A stretch of DNA of 64,000 bases from Tubulanus polymorphus (taxonomy: Eukaryota > Animalia > Nemertea), in NCBI RefSeq assembly GCF_964204645.1, contig NC_134027.1:11068485-11132484 (forward strand), given 5' to 3'. Both the position numbers and the translations under genes were made by a program. The notes below the pieces were generated by a model. That model did no database searches and had not been told where the DNA came from. It saw nothing but the letters and a program-made list of their open reading frames with translations. This document shows, in pieces, positions 49,181 through 61,132 of this stretch (position 1 is the stretch's first letter; the number at the start of each line of letters is the position of its first letter).

Positions 49181-50359
49181 CAGTGTTCTATCGAAATAGT
49201 GTGTTATAACGAGGTTCCAACTGAGTATTGATGATACATGTGTAATGTGAAGTTTGTTTTTACTGTTCGTTCTACTACGATGAATCATTATCGAGTGCGT
49301 GATCATTTCTCAAACAACAAACGATACAAACATCAAATAACGTGAACTGTATTTCACCGATTCATATAAGAATACATAGAATATAATTATTATCGACATT
49401 TCATTATTATAATTCTGAATAAAAACATTGTACGAAAACGGATGAAGTTTTTAGTTAATTTCGCGTCTCTTTGGAAGAAGGGTTTTCAGACAGGTTCAAG
49501 GCAACGTTTTATTCAGACCTGTGTGTACCAACGCAAGTCGCCAACTTCAGTCTAATGCAGCCTCAGGTATTCAATTCTTGTCAGCATTCTTCCAACTTTG
49601 ACTGCCCACGTTTCATCCGTGTTCAGGACATCGCCTCATTATTTTGAATTGAAAATTAATTGATGAACGGACTTCAAAAGTACAGTGTTTAATTAATATC
49701 ACCACACTTTCACGATGAAGGGGTGGTTCCAGGCTGCAGATGGACCTGATTAACAGCTTGTCATAGGTGCAGAAAACAAAGGTGGTTGGCTACACTGGAT
49801 TCCCAATAAGTTCGCCCATGAATGACCAGACATCAGAAACAGTTTCTTTTAGAAGTCAAAAAACTTTGAGAACATCGGTAATCTATTTCTTCATCGAAAA
49901 AAGAGAGACTGAATATATAGGCAAATATAATCTTATACAAGAGAACTTTACACTAGTTCATGAGACATGTAGGGCCTGTTAAAGATACTCATATATCAGA
50001 AATACTAAAATTACATACTTTTGGAAATACACAGAATTAATGATTCTGATACTTGATTTTGCATAACAACATGATATGAAAAAATAATTTCAAGTTTATT
50101 GTCAATTCAAAAACAAATGTTCATGCTGGTGACAAATGGTACTATCATGACGGTTAGTTCTTATTTTTCATTTATCAATTTGACTTTTCATGTATATCTT
50201 TTTATGAAACTTTTTATACAGCAGTAAGAAGAGACATGTTACCAATTGATAGTCCACTGAACACAGGTGTAGTTTATTACCTTCTCTGATCACACGCTAC
50301 GCGCACCTGACAATAACCGTGAAGGATTCCATTTCAAAACAAAGCCTTTCCAATATATC

Positions 50360-50449
50360 CCCTCGATAGCTCAGCTGGTAGAGCGGAGGACTGTAGAGGC
50401 ATCGTGAGCTGTCATCCTTAGGTCGCTGGTTCAAGTCCGGCTCGAGGGA
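50360..50449 (+). tRNA. trnY-GTA: tRNA-Tyr(GUA) with 17-nt intron (50397-50413)
   Basis: Acceptor stem CCCTCGA/TCGAGGG plus discriminator A; A box TAGCTCAGCTGG; anticodon CT-GTA-G; B box GGTTCAAGTCC; downstream T-run. Confidence 0.97.
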
Positions 50450-50805
50450 AGATAATTTTTCATCTTTTTTTGTAGATGCCAATGAAAATTAAAGCAACCT
50501 GTTGATTTGGTTTCATTGTTAGCTTTCAGGACCCAGTTAGTTCTTCAGTTGCGGGATATCATTTGAACCCGGATCCCAAGTTAACTCACAACTGGATCCT
50601 ACCCAATATTGTCTGCCAGGGCAATCTTTTTAGATCCCTTCAATGCTCATGTATTATAGTTTTTACCCACCCTACATTGTCTTCAGTTCGTATCAAGTCT
50701 TATTACTCCAAGGTTTTTGCCACTCGTCCATTCAGTCTTAACGTTGTTGCAGAACAGCTGTAACAAACGGCTACATAACCAACTTCGGACAAATACATGT
50801 AAGTT

Positions 50806-50895
50806 CCCTCGATAGCTCAGCTGGTAGAGCGGAGGACTGTAGAGGCATTGTGAGCTGTCATCCTTAGGTCGCTGGTTCAAGTCCGGCTCGAGGGA
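50806..50895 (+). tRNA. trnY-GTA: tRNA-Tyr(GUA) with 17-nt intron (50843-50859)
   Basis: Mature sequence identical to copy 1; intron differs at one base; long T-run terminator. Confidence 0.97.
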
Positions 50896-51293
50896 AAACA
50901 TTTTTTTTTTGGCCACCTATGAAAAAAAAACAATGGTCACTGTAGGGTAGATTGATTTGTTTCATATGGACAACAGAAAAATTGGCAATTTTGTGAACAA
51001 ATGTTCATTTACATTCCATTTGCACTATTGTGAGTTAGATTTGACCAGAGCCGAAGTTGACTAACTGGATCCCGACCTGGGATTAGTCAATGTGAATGAT
51101 CCGTAGTGCTCTACTCCATCAATTCATCCCGAACAGTTTTTCTAGAAGTCAGTGCCCAGCATTTTATTTTCACTGTTTGTCCCACGATCTAAGAGGAAGG
51201 CATCACACAGCTGCAACTAATGGCCACATTACCGGCACTGGACAAAAGAAACATGAAGTACTACTTTTCTTAACGTGGCGTCAAAGGTATGTT

Positions 51294-51382
51294 CCCTCGA
51301 TAGCTCAGCTGGTAGAGCGGAGGACTGTAGAGTTAACAGAGCTGTCATCCTTAGGTCGCTGGTTCAAGTCCGGCTCGAGGGA
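51294..51382 (+). tRNA. trnY-GTA: tRNA-Tyr(GUA) with 16-nt intron (51331-51346)
   Basis: Identical mature sequence; intron AGTTAACAGAGCTGTC; T6 terminator. Confidence 0.97.
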
Positions 51383-52198
51383 AGATTTTTTCATCCAAGG
51401 AGGGACACAATCTAATAACTACAACATTATTCAAATATTTTTATATAATTTTATTGCAAATAATAAACATTAAAATAATAAAGATATAATATTTATCATA
51501 TACAGTGTAGCCTACAGTGACAGATAGAAAAACTCAGGCGGGCTACTCAATAAATTTCATTAAAAATAACCGATCAAATGTTTACATGGACATAGTAGGT
51601 TAATGGACTCTCCAACGGTGTTTTTCTACAAGAATATAAATTTGAATGCAAGAGGATGGAACACGCAAAGGCTGGACGAACACTTTTCGCAAGTCTGGCG
51701 AAAAAATTACTGAACGCAAAGGGTAAAGCTTCGATGAATAAAAATATGATGGAAGCTTGTTAAAATGATTCATCGGTTACTACGAACAAAGAATTCTGTA
51801 TCGAATCAGAAATTTTAATTTCACACTGGATTTAATGATCAATCGGTTATAGAAACATATTTTTGCGGGTCACTCAAAGTTCGTCGTAAAAGCGTTCGTT
51901 TAGAAATTCAATTCAAAATATCGAATATTAGGCTACCTTTGGGGCGGGTCCAGGGAAAACAGATTAATACTTACTTTAGCAGAGGCTCAAAATAATCTTA
52001 CACACGCCGCTGGTTATCGCTGCATGGAGATATTTATATCACTAGCTTACTACAGGAACAGATGGAACAACCCGCAAAGCAGAGTTAATCGGGTTAATCA
52101 GCATGCAAATTATTAAATCAAGAAGACGCGCATTGTCCGAAAACATTCTCGCGCTCATATCCAACACGACTCCACGTCGCACTACTCTTTTAACGTGT

Positions 52199-55135
52199 TC
52201 AAACTGCATCCGTTACCTCCAGTTTATACTTTTCGAGCAAAGTTTTTTTGTACGCTTTTTGATTGTCCCATAATTGAGCGGCTTGGGTGTTCAACGGGCT
52301 TTTGTTGTTCGGTTCTGAAAATATAAACGTAAACTTGTAATTAAGGTTATTTCATTTGACCTAAAGATTTTTCTTAAAACTAAGCATTTTTTTTCTAAAT
52401 CGAATGGCTATCGACTGGATAATTGACGTGAAAATTCACATACAATGACGTGTTGGTCGGAAAGCAATAGGCAAGACTGATCTACGAAAGAATTGCAGCC
52501 ATTAAATAGCCTTAAATACGTTTTATACATTGGTACGACTTAATCAACTCGTTCAACACTATATAGTCAGGCTGGCTGCCTGCTTCCAGAATTGTTACTC
52601 AAACCTTCTGATCTGACTTTTTGGACTAACAGGTGATGCAGGGTAGCCAGCAGTGGCTAAGGAAAAAGTGAGCACTACCTTGCCTCAAAAAAGAAAACAC
52701 TTTTCACTGGCAAGTAAGCATAATCATGCCCAGAATCACAATAAATAGGAACCACCTAAAATTCATAGATTCTCAGGTTGACGATCCATGCTACTACTAC
52801 AACTTAAGCCACCACAAAAAGCCAGTTTCGATTGAATGAGTTAACGATAATGTAGGATCTAGTTGGGGTGATATAATATAGGCCGAGTTAGTCTTGAAAG
52901 GGTAAATCAACTTAAATTTTTCCATTTTTTTTATATGTAGTACATGTACTGGTACAAGTTCTACGACAGTATAATCTATACAAAAATACATTAAGAGGAA
53001 AAATGTACAACTAATTTCCTGAAAAACTGAGGTTTTTTAATCAGGGATGAGAACGCCGACCTGTAACATCCGCGGGTTATTTTTCTTGAGTGACATACGC
53101 GAACCAGCTGACGGCGTAGCTGTCTGCACTAGCGAGCGCCGAAGGCGCGAAGCTATTTGGGGGCCCTCCCCCAAGAAAATTTTAGAAATTAAATATGTTT
53201 TCCGAGCACTTAGAGCGATCTTGAACCTATGAACGACTATTATATTTTGGAAGGTAATGGCTAGTTCCAATGTGGTAGATCCTCATTTGATGACATTCAG
53301 CATCTCATGCATTACGGGTCGAGCCCTGAATTATTGCAGTAAAAATGCGCCGATGAATGCTCACTAAAAATCATCACCAAGTAGTGTATAATATCCGAAG
53401 GCGTTCGCCACACACACGCAGCAACAGTAAGTAGACCTATATACGTTACTACTGTTGCTGTGCGTGCGTGTCTGCAACCGATCGATAAAATACATACACA
53501 CTTATCGTAGTACAAATGTACATACAAAATCGCTGTGTTGCAATGAATATGCATTGAAATGCAATACTTTTACGTGACGATAAGTAAAACAGGCACTGAA
53601 CGCTTTTACGGTTCACCTGATTACCGATCGTGCCGGACCAATTGAGTGAGATCATCACCCCCCCCATACTTTTACATCATTTTTGGACTATTTGTAAAAT
53701 TGATATTTTTCAATACTGAAATCCGCGGGAAACCGCAGATCCGCGGGGAATTCTCATATCTGTTTAATAGGCTATCATTTCATTGTCCGAATAGCTACAT
53801 GCGTAATATTGGTATCAATTGAACCAGAAGATTCTGAACTAAGCGTTGATGTTTGTTTTGTATTAATTGAAATAGCAAGTTTTGTATAAAGCTTAAATGA
53901 AAAAGTGTTCCTCTTATGTATTTCTGCATGTCATTCCTAGCTTACTGCATTCGTGAAACAACGGATAGCGTACCTCCTAAAAGACTTTGTATCGAGATTA
54001 GAATGGTGCGGACGTCGTACGACGGCGCCCAGTTCTCCTTCAGAATGTCCAAACAAATGTTGCCGTGCTGATCGACGTTCGGGTGAAAACACGGCGTTTC
54101 GAATTTGACGATCGGCGCCTTGTAAGGATATCCGCTGGGAAACGTTAGTAACAACTTATACTTTAATCCTTCGTACACCTGAAAAATGAACAGTACACTC
54201 ATCTAAATGTTGATCAAAACACGAATAATTCCGAAAGGATTTTTTCAATGGGGAATGGCAATACTAGCTATGCCGACTGATGGCATAATGAGCACTCAGT
54301 CTTACATGTAAAATTACATGTAATTCGTTATCAATCAACTACGAAATTGAATTTCAGCTCCTGAATCGATACGATGTTCAAATTAATCAGTAATCAACAG
54401 TAAGAGCTTCAGTAACATCTTTCATATTTCTGTATGCATCAAACAAATCAAATCAGCATTTCTCGCTATAGAATAGTAACAAATATTGAGAATTTGGAAC
54501 AGTTGGCAGCTCTGTAATGGCGATGATACACTTACAGTTCCTTGTCCACCTTGTATCGTTCCAATCCAGCTGAATAAATCGTCACCGTTTGGAAATGCCG
54601 AAATGCCTTCAACTTTTTGAGTCTAAAATAGCAGAATAGGTAAAAAAAAGTCAATTGTCATCGGACTTTAATTAATTTTTTGGTATTTGGATGATCATTC
54701 AATATGTGGTACGAACTTACCATTAGAGTCAACAAGTCCTTCTGTAATCTGAAAGATACGAAAATAAATCTAGACGAGGTGTACACAACGCCAAAGAAAA
54801 GAATGTGTCAATTTTACAACAGAAAAATCGGTCAACCCAAACAGCATAAATCCATGTATCATAAAGAGACCATCCACAGACAGACATCACGGTGATGCCA
54901 TAGACTGGTTCGCCTGCCTAACGACAACTTCAATCAAAAACCTATGCACCTAATGTATGTATAACTTTAAAACTAATAAAATTTGATTTGTTTCGATTGA
55001 ATTTGAATGAAATGAAATTTCGTCAAAAAAGTGTTACCTTTTAGTGACCGATTGACCATCTCTAGGAACAATAGAATTTTCTTCCAACTTCTCCTGGCCT
55101 TGTAGATCTTGTGGGTTGATATTTTGCGATGCCAT
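52199..55135 (-). CDS. UBE2C: Ubiquitin-conjugating enzyme E2 C (APC/C E2), ~177 aa. Exons 55038-55135, 54721-54748, 54536-54622, 53974-54178, 52199-52314
   Basis: In-frame join (534 nt). UBE2C-type N-terminal extension MASQNINP; [14 protein letters not shown]; [18 protein letters not shown]; catalytic [19 protein letters not shown]; [12 protein letters not shown]. Confidence 0.95.
53042..53762. mobile_element. hAT-like non-autonomous element (6-bp TSD) in UBE2C intron 4
   Basis: TIR CAGGGATGAGAA / TTCTCATATCTG; TSD TTTAAT; subterminal CCGCGG repeats. Confidence 0.75.
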
Positions 55136-55431
55136 TTTATCTCGAAAAGTACCCGTACAAACCGACAACCGCAACGAAAGACTTCAAATGTTCCAATAGC
55201 AACCGCCTCGAGTAAACTGTCCAATCAAAAAGGTTTAATAGATGGCGCGACGTCACGGTCGAGTTGAAAATTACAAACATTACGCTTGACACTTTAACTG
55301 ATAAGATGGCGATTAAGTCAATTAATTAGAATATCAATTAATCATTCTCATAACCCTAATTTACCGAGAACGTAATTAACTTATCAGTGGTTATGAGTTT
55401 CTGTTTATTCGAGTATTACGCAATGTTCAAG
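55136..55431. promoter_or_regulatory. Bidirectional promoter UBE2C <- -> MCUR1/CCDC90
   Basis: ~300 bp between start codons; CHR TTTGAA on the UBE2C strand (55183-55188); CCAAT at 55193 and 55221; YY1-like AGATGGCG at ~55240 and ~55303; CRE-like GACGTCA at ~55249. Confidence 0.65.
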
Positions 55432-58400
55432 ATGGCCGCGCCCAGGTTTGGATTAAAAACTGGCCTAATTTGTTTGAATAAATGGCCCAAAATAGCGACA
55501 GTTAAAGATATCAAATCCAATTTATTCTTCCCGTTGAGTCAACATATTCGAAAGTTTTCTTTTCGTAAGTTTTGATTTTGTTGTTGTTTTCCCAGAAACA
55601 ACTAGCTAACCCTGTATTCCCTGTCCGGATTCTTTGCTTGCAAATGCAATCATTATTGGCAATGTAGGCCTACTGACTGTACTTGAATTGAATGAATGAA
55701 ATATATTTATTTAATAAATTTGTAAAATAAATGGGGTAAAAGTGCAGATCCGCACCTCTTGTGATTGACGCAATCTGCTGAATGACAATCCAGGCTAAAA
55801 TCTCTATACTCTCTCTAGTGAAGATATCTTAAAATTAGCCATTGACAATGTACTGAATTGCTGATGACATTTTGAATCTTAAACAATGATATTTAAGTAA
55901 TTGATTGAACCGTTTACGCAGAGAGGTGCGGATCTGCACTTTTACCAATAAATGGTTACAATACTTACAAAAACATTAAATGAAATTACAATATGCGTAT
56001 ACATACATGTCTAGATTACCCATTGTGATACGCAGTGGTATTGGTGATGTAAAACATAAAAGATAATTAAACATATTAAATAGTACGAAGTATTGAATAG
56101 TACGGAAAATTGAAAATCAATAGTACCAGTGGCGTTGGAAGTGCACCGCGGCAATAATTTACTGAATGACGGTTTTTTTTCTTTGAATACCACATTTTTG
56201 AAGAAATAAAGTAAATTCGCCGCGGCAATATTTAGAACCTGTCCAAAATTGGCATTTGGCCGCGGCAATCAAAAATTGCTTCCAACGCCCCTGAGTACGA
56301 AGGAAATTCCTAAGGTGTTCTCTTCTAACACCCCTCCCCCATGATCTGTGTCTGACAATAAATACCCAAAGGAGTTTTTTAATACGGTACGTACTGCCTG
56401 ATATGACAATCAATTTAATTCAATTTTTTTTTTCAATAAATTTCAGATACGGTAGATAGATGTCACGCATTTGAAGCTAGAGATGTCAAAGTCACTCCTC
56501 CGAAAGGACCTTTGAATTTGGACACTCATGCTGCTGTGAAACATTTAGAATATTCTGGTAAAAAACCGTACATTAACTCATTAAGCTTATTGATTTAAGA
56601 AGATAGTATTAATTCTTGAACTTCAATAATTCATTTAAATGAAATGATCAGGTTTTACAACTCAACAAGCTGAAGGGTTGGTGCGACTTATTGTGGAAAT
56701 TGTGAGTTCATCTGCAGATTCTACAAGACATAATCTAGTCACTAAAGAGCAACAGGTATCATTTTGTTGATCTTATATTAGATTGATCATTGTGCATATG
56801 GTAGCCCATCTTTAATTAATCAGTTACCTGTCTATGGTTTTAGTTTCAAGAAGGGTTAGGTAACAAACTAATCTTGAATGGGAATCAGGATTTTATAGAC
56901 CTTGACAACTCCTAACTCAAATATTGAATTATTACTTCAAATTGTTGATCATGAATGAATCAATATTTAATAATCTGAGTTAGATTATGTCCTAACTTAA
57001 ACAAAATCTTTTAGTTAGCATAGTTTAAACTGATTATTCAAAGTGAATTGAGTTTAACCTTCCCTTCTTGGACTTAAGTCTACAGGGGCGGATTAAGGGG
57101 GCGATCTCGGGGGTGGGGAAGGGTGTCTGGACCCCTGCCTTCCCATTGAGGTTGCCCTTTTCATCAAGTCAAAGATCATCAAAACATGTAAATTTAACAC
57201 TCACACTTTCGGAAATTGCATATTTTTGGATTTTTTGCTAAAAAAACATCTAACGATGAGGGTGGGACCCTGATTGTGGCCTATGAAATGGTTGCTTTCA
57301 TCTGAAAAAATGCCTCAGAAAAAAATTCTTCTCGACCACGGCCTCCCAAATTTCCTAGATCTGCCCCTGGTCAAACTAATCTATGAAATCAGGTCCTGTA
57401 TCGGTATATATTTTACTTCCAGGAGATTGTCGTTCAACAGTTGATGGCCAACTTAGAATCCGTGAAAAAAGACATGATTATACTAGAGAAGAGTGAATTC
57501 CAAGCACTCCGGAATGAGACTGATGTATGAACTGGTAGCTCAAGATAAAAACCTCTTTAGTCATGTCAACGATCAGACCAAAACTAATAGTTTCATATCT
57601 TTGCTTCCTACATGTTACAGGGGTGGATCCAGGGCCTAATTTTGAAAAATGTGATTACTGTATATTTTTTCACCAGGTGTTGAATATTGAAATTGTCAGA
57701 GCATTTCACCAAGTGGGCGCTGTGTCCCTGGGCCACTAGTTTCTATATGCTGTAATTTCTCTTACCTTTCACTGATCCTACTGATATTGCCAATGAAAGT
57801 CACCAAATTCGAGACTTGGCCAATGATCTGACTTTGGCATGGTTCATTGTATATTATTCGTCGAGAGATTTCTTAATTATTAATCATGAATTGACAATAC
57901 ATCCTCAAAAAATGAAAACCAAATGTAAATATTTTTGTAGCGACTATTCAGTGAAATCAGACATCTGCGAGCTGCAGTTGATGATGACCTGTCTAAACTC
58001 AGCAGTGGTATGAGATTAGATATTAACTTAGAAAAAGCTAGAAGCATCGAAGAGGTGAGTTCTGTGTGCTTACATATTATTAACTTTCCTCAGGGTCGCT
58101 ACAGATCGGCCATTCCTGGATATAAGGCCGGGCTAGTTTTTTCAAGTACATGACTAGTTTAAAACGAAAAAATTTCAAGGAAGCATCTGGTGTCACTTAA
58201 ATATCCCAATTACTGTAGACTTCTATATCTGTACCTTTTATCTCGGTAAACCATTAATTTGGTGGTCTTGTACATAAATATTTATCCTCTACATTACTTA
58301 GGTCGGTTTTCTAAGTCATCAAACACCTTAATGGGGTAAAAAGATCCTGGTCCCAAATATACCAAGTCATGGGTAGTCTACTAAAAATATTTCTAATTGC

Positions 58401-59458
58401 CTATTTCTCAAAATTGGAGGAGTTTCGAAGGAGTTGCAGGTATTTGGCTCAAATTAAAGGAGTTCCAAGCACCTTTAAAAACATTTTCTATTGAGACGGA
58501 GTTTCTAAGGAATCAATGAGTTGTAGGGACCCTACACATTGTTACCCATATGGTACAACCTTGTTACAACAAACTTGATAGGAGCAGGAAATTTGTCTGT
58601 AAAAATTCGAGTTTGTCATAACAAAGGTAACACAATTTTATCAAGTTGAAATTGAAACAACTGATTTTTGATTAAATCCTTACGATTTCAGCATCACGAC
58701 ATGAAAGGTAAATACGAACAACTGGATCATCGAATTGATACCGAAATCGCCAATCTACGAACTATGTTCGAAAAATATAGGAACGATATCTTCAAATACG
58801 CCGGAGGTATGTCGTATAACCGTTATGATAAATGCAGGTATCGATCTGCTGCCTAGGTCCTCTTCCTCAGACATACAAAATATTATCAACATTCCTCCAA
58901 GGGGCTGTTCGGAAATTACCTACCGGGTAACATATTTTTGGGGCAAATTTTGATACCTCCTTCCCCTATGTTACAAGCTGTCACAAATTTTGGCAAACCC
59001 TCTATAATATTGTGTAACATTTGAAGCGTAATATTATAGGGGTTCTGCATATTACCGGTAAGCAGTATTATTAGGAAATAGTCCAACTTCACTCATTTTC
59101 TAGTTTCACTCCAAAAAGGTTGCTTGAGATTTTTCTACTGAGAAATTCCAACATTTTGTTACACAAAAGATATTGAAACAACCCCTCCTCTTGTAGTAAT
59201 CTGTAACAAACTTGATCTTTGAGTGTCTGTTCAGGATATGTCATTATTATACATGCACTTGTGGCGATCATCCAAAATTAACACTTCAATAGTGAATGTC
59301 TTGTGGGATTGTTTCCAGGCCATATTGAATGCTTTTGTTTTGATTACCAGTATGACCTTCAGTGCATATCGAGAATATCTTTGACTATTACTTTATTTTC
59401 AGGTACACTTGTATCCTGCGTGACTATAACACTGGGTTTCTATCGACTGTGGTCTTGA
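55432..59458 (+). CDS. MCUR1: Mitochondrial calcium uniporter regulator 1 / CCDC90B family (DUF1640), ~244 aa. Exons 55432-55564, 56447-56557, 56652-56755, 57423-57524, 57941-58054, 58692-58806, 59403-59458
   Basis: In-frame join (735 nt). Basic mitochondrial-type N-terminus; [21 protein letters not shown]; [19 protein letters not shown]; RLDINLEK; IDTEIANLR; C-terminal [23 protein letters not shown]. Likely a pro-ortholog of MCUR1 and CCDC90B; the start could be ATG 55423. Confidence 0.9.
55735..55946. mobile_element. MULE-like MITE
   Basis: Perfect 25-bp TIR GGTAAAAGTGCAGATCCGCACCTCT; perfect 9-bp TSD AATAAATGG. Confidence 0.9.
56127..56293. mobile_element. hAT-like MITE (5-bp TSD)
   Basis: TIR CAGTGGCGTTGGAAG / CTTCCAACGCCCCTG; TSD AGTAC; three CCGCGGCAAT motifs. 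Confidence 0.8.
57083..57369. mobile_element. hAT-like MITE (CAGGGGCGGAT family, 5-bp TSD)
   Basis: TIR CAGGGGCGGATT / GATCTGCCCCTG; TSD GTCTA/GTCAA. Confidence 0.7.
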
Positions 59459-59565
59459 TGTATGCTGATTATTAAGTATAGGAAAATGAGCGTGTGTTTT
59501 TAATGTGATTTAACTGAAGTATTACTCGAGAGAGATCTTTCTGAAAATCAATTGTTAAAAGGTTT

Positions 59566-59700
59566 CTGGGGCCAGTTGCTCAAAGTTGGTTATCGATAAC
59601 CTGGAGCGGATGAATACCGTAGTAACAATGAACTTTCAGTTGTCACTTTGTCAACTATCCGCTGGTTAACTCAAACTATTTTATGAGCAAATGACCTCAG
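59566..59700. mobile_element. PIF/Harbinger-like MITE just downstream of the MCUR1 stop codon
   Basis: CTG-GGGCCAGTTGCTCAAAGTTGGTTA ... TGAGCAAATGACCT-CAG; same family as 36439-36573. Confidence 0.65.
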
Positions 59701-60148
59701 ATAAATCGATATATTATGTTTTGCTTCTTCCTAAACTCTAGTCCTCATATATATAAGTGATTAATATTTACCTCAATTGCAAAATTATATAGAAAAGTCC
59801 ATTCGTTTCAAATAATTTGGGACCAATGAAACTGCCGTTGTAATATCTGATTGGAATTGTGCGGGGTTCCTGTTGTAACTTGGGTTACATTCGGAGATAT
59901 ATTTCGTTCCAATTTATAGTTAGACTTCTTTATGCGAGGTATCCATTCAGTCTTGCTGGTCTTCTTTTCAAATTTCCCATATTATGTGGTATTGGTATTC
60001 CATTTGCTAGTTCATTATATACTTTGAAAAAATGCCTGAGGTGAAGTCCTGGTCACTAGCAGACTCGGCTTTATATATTTTATATTTCATTTTATCAATT
60101 CCCTGCCGTTCTTATAATGTAGTAGTAGAATGTATAGGTTGTTTGGTC

Positions 60149-60404
60149 GGGGAGAGAATCCCACAATGATAATAAAAAGTCCGAAAATGAAACTTCGAGA
60201 TAGTAGTTTATTTCAACGTTTCGACTATATCCTAATAGTCATCTTCAGGAATAATTATTCATTATTCCTGAAGATGACTATTAGGATATAGTCGAAACGT
60301 TGAAATAAACTACTATCTCGAAGTTTCATTTTCGGACTTTTTATTATCATTGTGGGATTCTCTCCTCATCGCGTCAACACGGATATTGTGTTCTACCTAT
60401 CGTG
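60149..60404. mobile_element. Penelope-like retroelement remnant: head-to-head inverted terminal repeats
   Basis: Perfect 105-bp inverted repeat (60151-60255 / 60261-60365), 39-bp extension on the right arm, 13-bp TSD AGGTTGTTTGGTC (60136-60148, 60405-60417); hammerhead motif and AATAAA in each arm. Confidence 0.8.
60261..60310 (+). ncRNA. Minimal hammerhead ribozyme motif; mirror copy on the - strand at ~60206-60255
   Basis: CUGAAGA-U-GACUAU(UAGGAU)AUAGUC-GAAAC-GUU: core CUGANGA, helix II, GAAA and a palindromic loopless helix III as in Penelope-associated hammerheads. Confidence 0.6.
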
Positions 60405-61132
60405 AGGTTGTTTGGTCCTTTACAACAATTGAATTTTGTCGTATCTTTTCAAAAATCCATCAAGATCAGTTACTAAGTTCAAAGAGACTAAATTCCTATC
60501 AATAAGAATTAAACCAGTAATTGAACAATTGTTAAACTCTATATTCATTAATCGATAATATTTGTACATATATCACAGTCTCAATAAATAGTATAGATAT
60601 GAATATATCGTCTGTATATTGTATTTGGGTATGATTAAGATATGGGGGTAAAACAATTATCTTCATCACTGTCGACTTCTTACAACTGACTCAGTACAGG
60701 TCAACTCACATGAACTGCTAAATTGTACGAATAATGTTTTTGGAACCCTTAAAACATCCCTGATTATTATTTTACTTCATTCTGGTCAGCTTTGTGAGAT
60801 TATTATGGTCCTATAAGGCTACAAAGCTGAGTCTAATGTATGGTTAACATTTGTTAATCATACATTAGACTTAGGAACAGATCCAGGAATTTTGAAAGTG
60901 GGGAAGTATACTTGGTGCAAAGTACCTAATGAGGGTTTGGAAAATTTTAATAAGATGGATACATTTTCTGAGCATCTAGAGTGATTCTAGAACCAAATGA
61001 CCAGCAATAATCTGCCACTGCATGTGTGAGACTTCCATATGCTAGGTTGTCAAAATGTTGTTTTTTTCGCAAAAAAAGGGGTCCGGACCGCTTTGGCCCC
61101 CTTCAGAACTGCCCCTGTTACTTCTTAACAAA

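Noticed and set aside
49500-49630. Possible RTE-type LINE remnant on the minus strand (ETWA / LRWY-like fragments)
   Set aside because: Too short and frameshifted to call without a search
50297-51473. ORF-track proteins overlapping the tRNA-Tyr genes
   Set aside because: Shadow ORFs produced by translating tRNA sequence
4500-59458. U12-type or other non-canonical introns
   Set aside because: All introns assigned in the five complete genes are GT-AG and none has a GTATCCTT donor
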